Shown here: piece by piece, positions 61,329 through 64,000 of the stretch
Layout: each line of letters begins with the position of its first letter
Numbering within the stretch: the first letter of the stretch is position 1
Origin: Nitrospirota bacterium
GTDB lineage: Bacteria > Nitrospirota > UBA9217
Assembly: GCA_963818475.1 (NCBI GenBank)
Contig: CAWFSF010000003.1
Location: 128,001 to 192,000 of the forward strand
Direction of reading: 5' to 3'
DNA: 64,000 bases
Translations under genes and position numbers: made by a program
The notes under the pieces: generated by a model
Seen by the model: the letters and a program-made list of their open reading frames with translations, nothing else
Told to the model about the DNA's origin: nothing
The model's database searches: none

Positions 61329-63814
61329 CTACTGCTTCCCTGCCACCGGCTTCACGTTCCAGATACGGTCTGCATATTCCCTGATCGTGCGGTCGCTGGA
61401 GAACTTCCCCATGCCCGCCACGTTCAGGATCGCGCGCCGGGACCACTCTTCAGGATCGCGGTAGAGCGCGTCCACCCGCTCCTGGCAGCCATGTAGGATG
61501 CATAGTCGGCAAGCAGCAGGAAATGGTCGCCGTACGTGTCAGCGCATCGAAGATCGGGCGGAACCGGTCCGGCGCATCAGGCGAGAAGTAGCCGCTGTCG
61601 ATCATGTCCAGGGCCTGCTTGAGCTCGTCGTTGGCGTTGTAGAGGTCCCAGGGATGATAGCCCCGTGCGCGGAGCGCGGCAACCTCGTCTGCGGTCATGC
61701 CGAAGATGAAGATGTTCTCGTCGCCCACCTCCTCCCTCATCTCGATGTTCGCGCCGTCCAGCGTGCCGATGGTGAGCGCGCCGTTCAGGCCGAACTTCAT
61801 GTTGCCCGTGCCCGAGGCCTCGGTGCCGGCGGTGGAGATCTGCTCGGACAGGTCGCAGGCCGGGATGATCTTCTCGGCGTTCGAGACATTGTAGTCGGGG
61901 AGGAAAACGACCTTGAGCAGATTGTCGACCGCGGGATCGTTGTTCACGACGTCGCCGACGCAGTGGATGAGCTTGATGATCAGCTTGGCCATGGCATAGC
62001 CGGGCGCGGCCTTGCCCGCGAAGATCACCGTGCGCGGGACCAGGTCCTGGACCCGGCCCTCGCGGATGCGGTTGTACCGGGTCACGACGTGCAGCACGTT
62101 CAGGAGCTGCCGCTTGTATTCGTGGATGCGCTTGATCTGCACGTCGAACAGCGACGCCGGGTCCACGACGAGCCTCAGCCGCATCTTGATGATCTCGGCC
62201 AGCCGCTCCTTGTTCGCGCGCTTCACCGTCGCGGAACTCGCTGCCGGAACGCCGCGTCCTCGGCAAGGGGCGCGAGCTTCCTCAGTTCCGCAGAGATCGC
62301 TGATCCACGTCGTCGCCGATATGCGCGCGTGATGAGCGCCGACAGCCCCGGGTTGGCCTGGTGCAGCCAGCGGCGCGGCGTGATGCCGTTCGTGATGTTG
62401 ATGATCTTGCCGGGAAAGAACTGGTCGAAGTCGGCGAAGATGGTCTTCTTCATCAGGTCCGTATGGATCTGCGACACGCCGTTCACCTGGTGGCTCCCGA
62501 CGATGGCCAGGTGCGCCATGCGCACGCGCCGGCCGCCCTCCTCGTCAATGATGGACATGCGCCGCAGCCGGTCCACGTCGCCGGGATAGCGGTGCCGCAC
62601 CTCCTCCAGAAAGCGGTAGTTGATCTCGTAGATGATCTGCAGGTGGCGCGGCAGGATCTCCTCGAAGAGGCTCACCGGCCAGGTCTCCAGCGCTTCGGGC
62701 ATGAGCGTGTGGTTCGTGTAGGAGAAGGTGCGGCGCGTGATGTCCCAGGCGCGGTCCCAGTCGAGGTGATGGATGTCGACCAGCACGCGCATCAGCTCGG
62801 GAATGGCGATGGACGGATGGGTGTCGTTCAGCTGGATCGCCACCTTGTCCGGCAGCTCGTCCAGGTTCTGGATGATACTTGGTGAAGCGCCGCAGGATGT
62901 CCTGGAGCGAGGCGCAGACGAAGAAGTACTGCTGCTTGAGCCGCAGCTCCCGGCCCATCTGGGTGGTGTCGTCGGGGTAGAGCACCTTGGACAGGTTCTC
63001 CGATTCGTTCTTCTCCTCCACGGCCTTGATGTAGTTGCCCTCGTTGAAGTACTTGAGGTTGAAATCGCGCGACGCCTTGGCCGACCAGAGCCGCATGTTG
63101 TTCACGGTGCTCGGTGTCGTAGCCGGGCACCGGCGTGTCGTAGGCCATGGCCATCACGTCTTCGGTGTCCACCCAGTGAAACTGCGCATGGCCCTGCTCG
63201 TCCTTGAACTGCACCACCCGGCCGCCGAACTGCACCGGGAAGAGCACCTCGGGCCGCGGGAACTCCCAGGGATTGCCGTAGCGCAGCCAGTTGTCGGGGT
63301 GCTCCACCTGGTAGCCGTTCTCGATGCGCTGGGTGAACATGCCGTACTCGTAGCGGATGCCGTAGCCGTAGCCCGGCAGGGAGAGCGTGGCCATGGAATC
63401 GAGGAAACAGGCGGCAAGCCTGCCGAGCCCGCCGTTGCCCAGGGCGGCGTCCTTCTCCAGTTCGCGGATCCGGTCGATGTCCAGTTCCAGGTCGCAGAGC
63501 GCCTCGCGGCATTCTTCGTAGAACCCCATGTTCAGCAGGCTGTTCGTAAGCAGCCGGCCGGTCAGGAACTCCATGGACAGATAGTAGACGCGCTTGGCAT
63601 CGGATCGGTAGTAGCTGCGCATGGTCTCCATCCAGCGCTCGATCAGCCGCTCGCGCACGGCATAGGCCGTGGTATGGAACCAGTCGCGGTGCGTGGCCGT
63701 GATCGGGTCCTTGCCGAGCGAGTAGATCAGGCGGTTGGCGAGGGAGTGCTTGAGCGCCGCCCGGTCCCGTCCGCGCTTGCTGTATTCGAATCCGTCTATC
63801 TTCTTGATGGTCAT
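61329..63814 (-). CDS. glgP: Glycogen/starch phosphorylase (several frameshifts)
   Basis: [36 protein letters not shown] and [10 protein letters not shown]. Confidence 0.93.
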
Positions 63815-63896
63815 GGCGCCTCCGTGCAGAGAACCAATAAGCGCTAAATCCCGGACAGCAAAACCCACCGAGCTCGAAGCCACGAGGAACATTGTA

Positions 63897-64000
63897 TCAT
63901 ATCTCCATGATGATCGGCAGGATCATGGGCCGCCGCTCCATGCGCTTGTTGATGAACTTCTTGAGCACGCTCCGCACCTTGGCGGAAACGAGCGACCAGT
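63897..64000 (-). CDS. rnj: C-terminal end of ribonuclease J (partial at window edge)
   Basis: ...KVRSVLKKFINKRMERRPMILPIIMEI*. Confidence 0.75.
   Translation of the reverse strand, partial: WSLVSAKVRSVLKKFINKRMERRPMILPIIMEI

Noticed and set aside
1-64000. CRISPR array
   Set aside because: No regularly spaced direct repeats with unique spacers, and no cas genes. The repeats present are coding or palindromic.

Overview
A 64-kb bacterial chromosomal window, probably from an uncultured Nitrospirota-like organism. That call is inferred from the tmRNA tag ANNELALAA, which I recall from Thermodesulfovibrio-type tmRNAs, and from the gene content. Left to right it holds: a DUF2339 membrane protein; an hsdR remnant; a redox/metal cluster (OsmC, cupredoxin lipoprotein, Met-rich periplasmic protein, membrane-anchored Mo-oxidoreductase); a ~2070-aa S8 protease with about 15 Ig-like repeats; and a lower-GC, integrase-less island at the tmRNA 3' end (~17.1-30.7 kb). 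The island carries a Fic remnant, a RAYT transposase, a cyclase-fold ORF, a type I R-M system with a half-size HsdS, DUF4268, IS1182, an attC cassette and toxin-antitoxin genes. Next come the yggU-divIVA-yggT-proC-yggS-pgeF core cluster, a radical SAM enzyme, cysteine synthase, a second attC cassette locus, an M1/M28/PDZ peptidase, PAS hybrid kinases, a PhnD-like plus c-heme sensor operon, sfsA, glgP and the end of rnj. Many GC-rich genes have single-base frameshifts that look like assembly errors. The most interesting signal is a repeated juxtaposition of RAYT ends with integron attC-type sites and cassettes, with no integron integrase in the window. There are also several families of small intergenic elements. 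All calls are by motif recognition only; no database searches were run.
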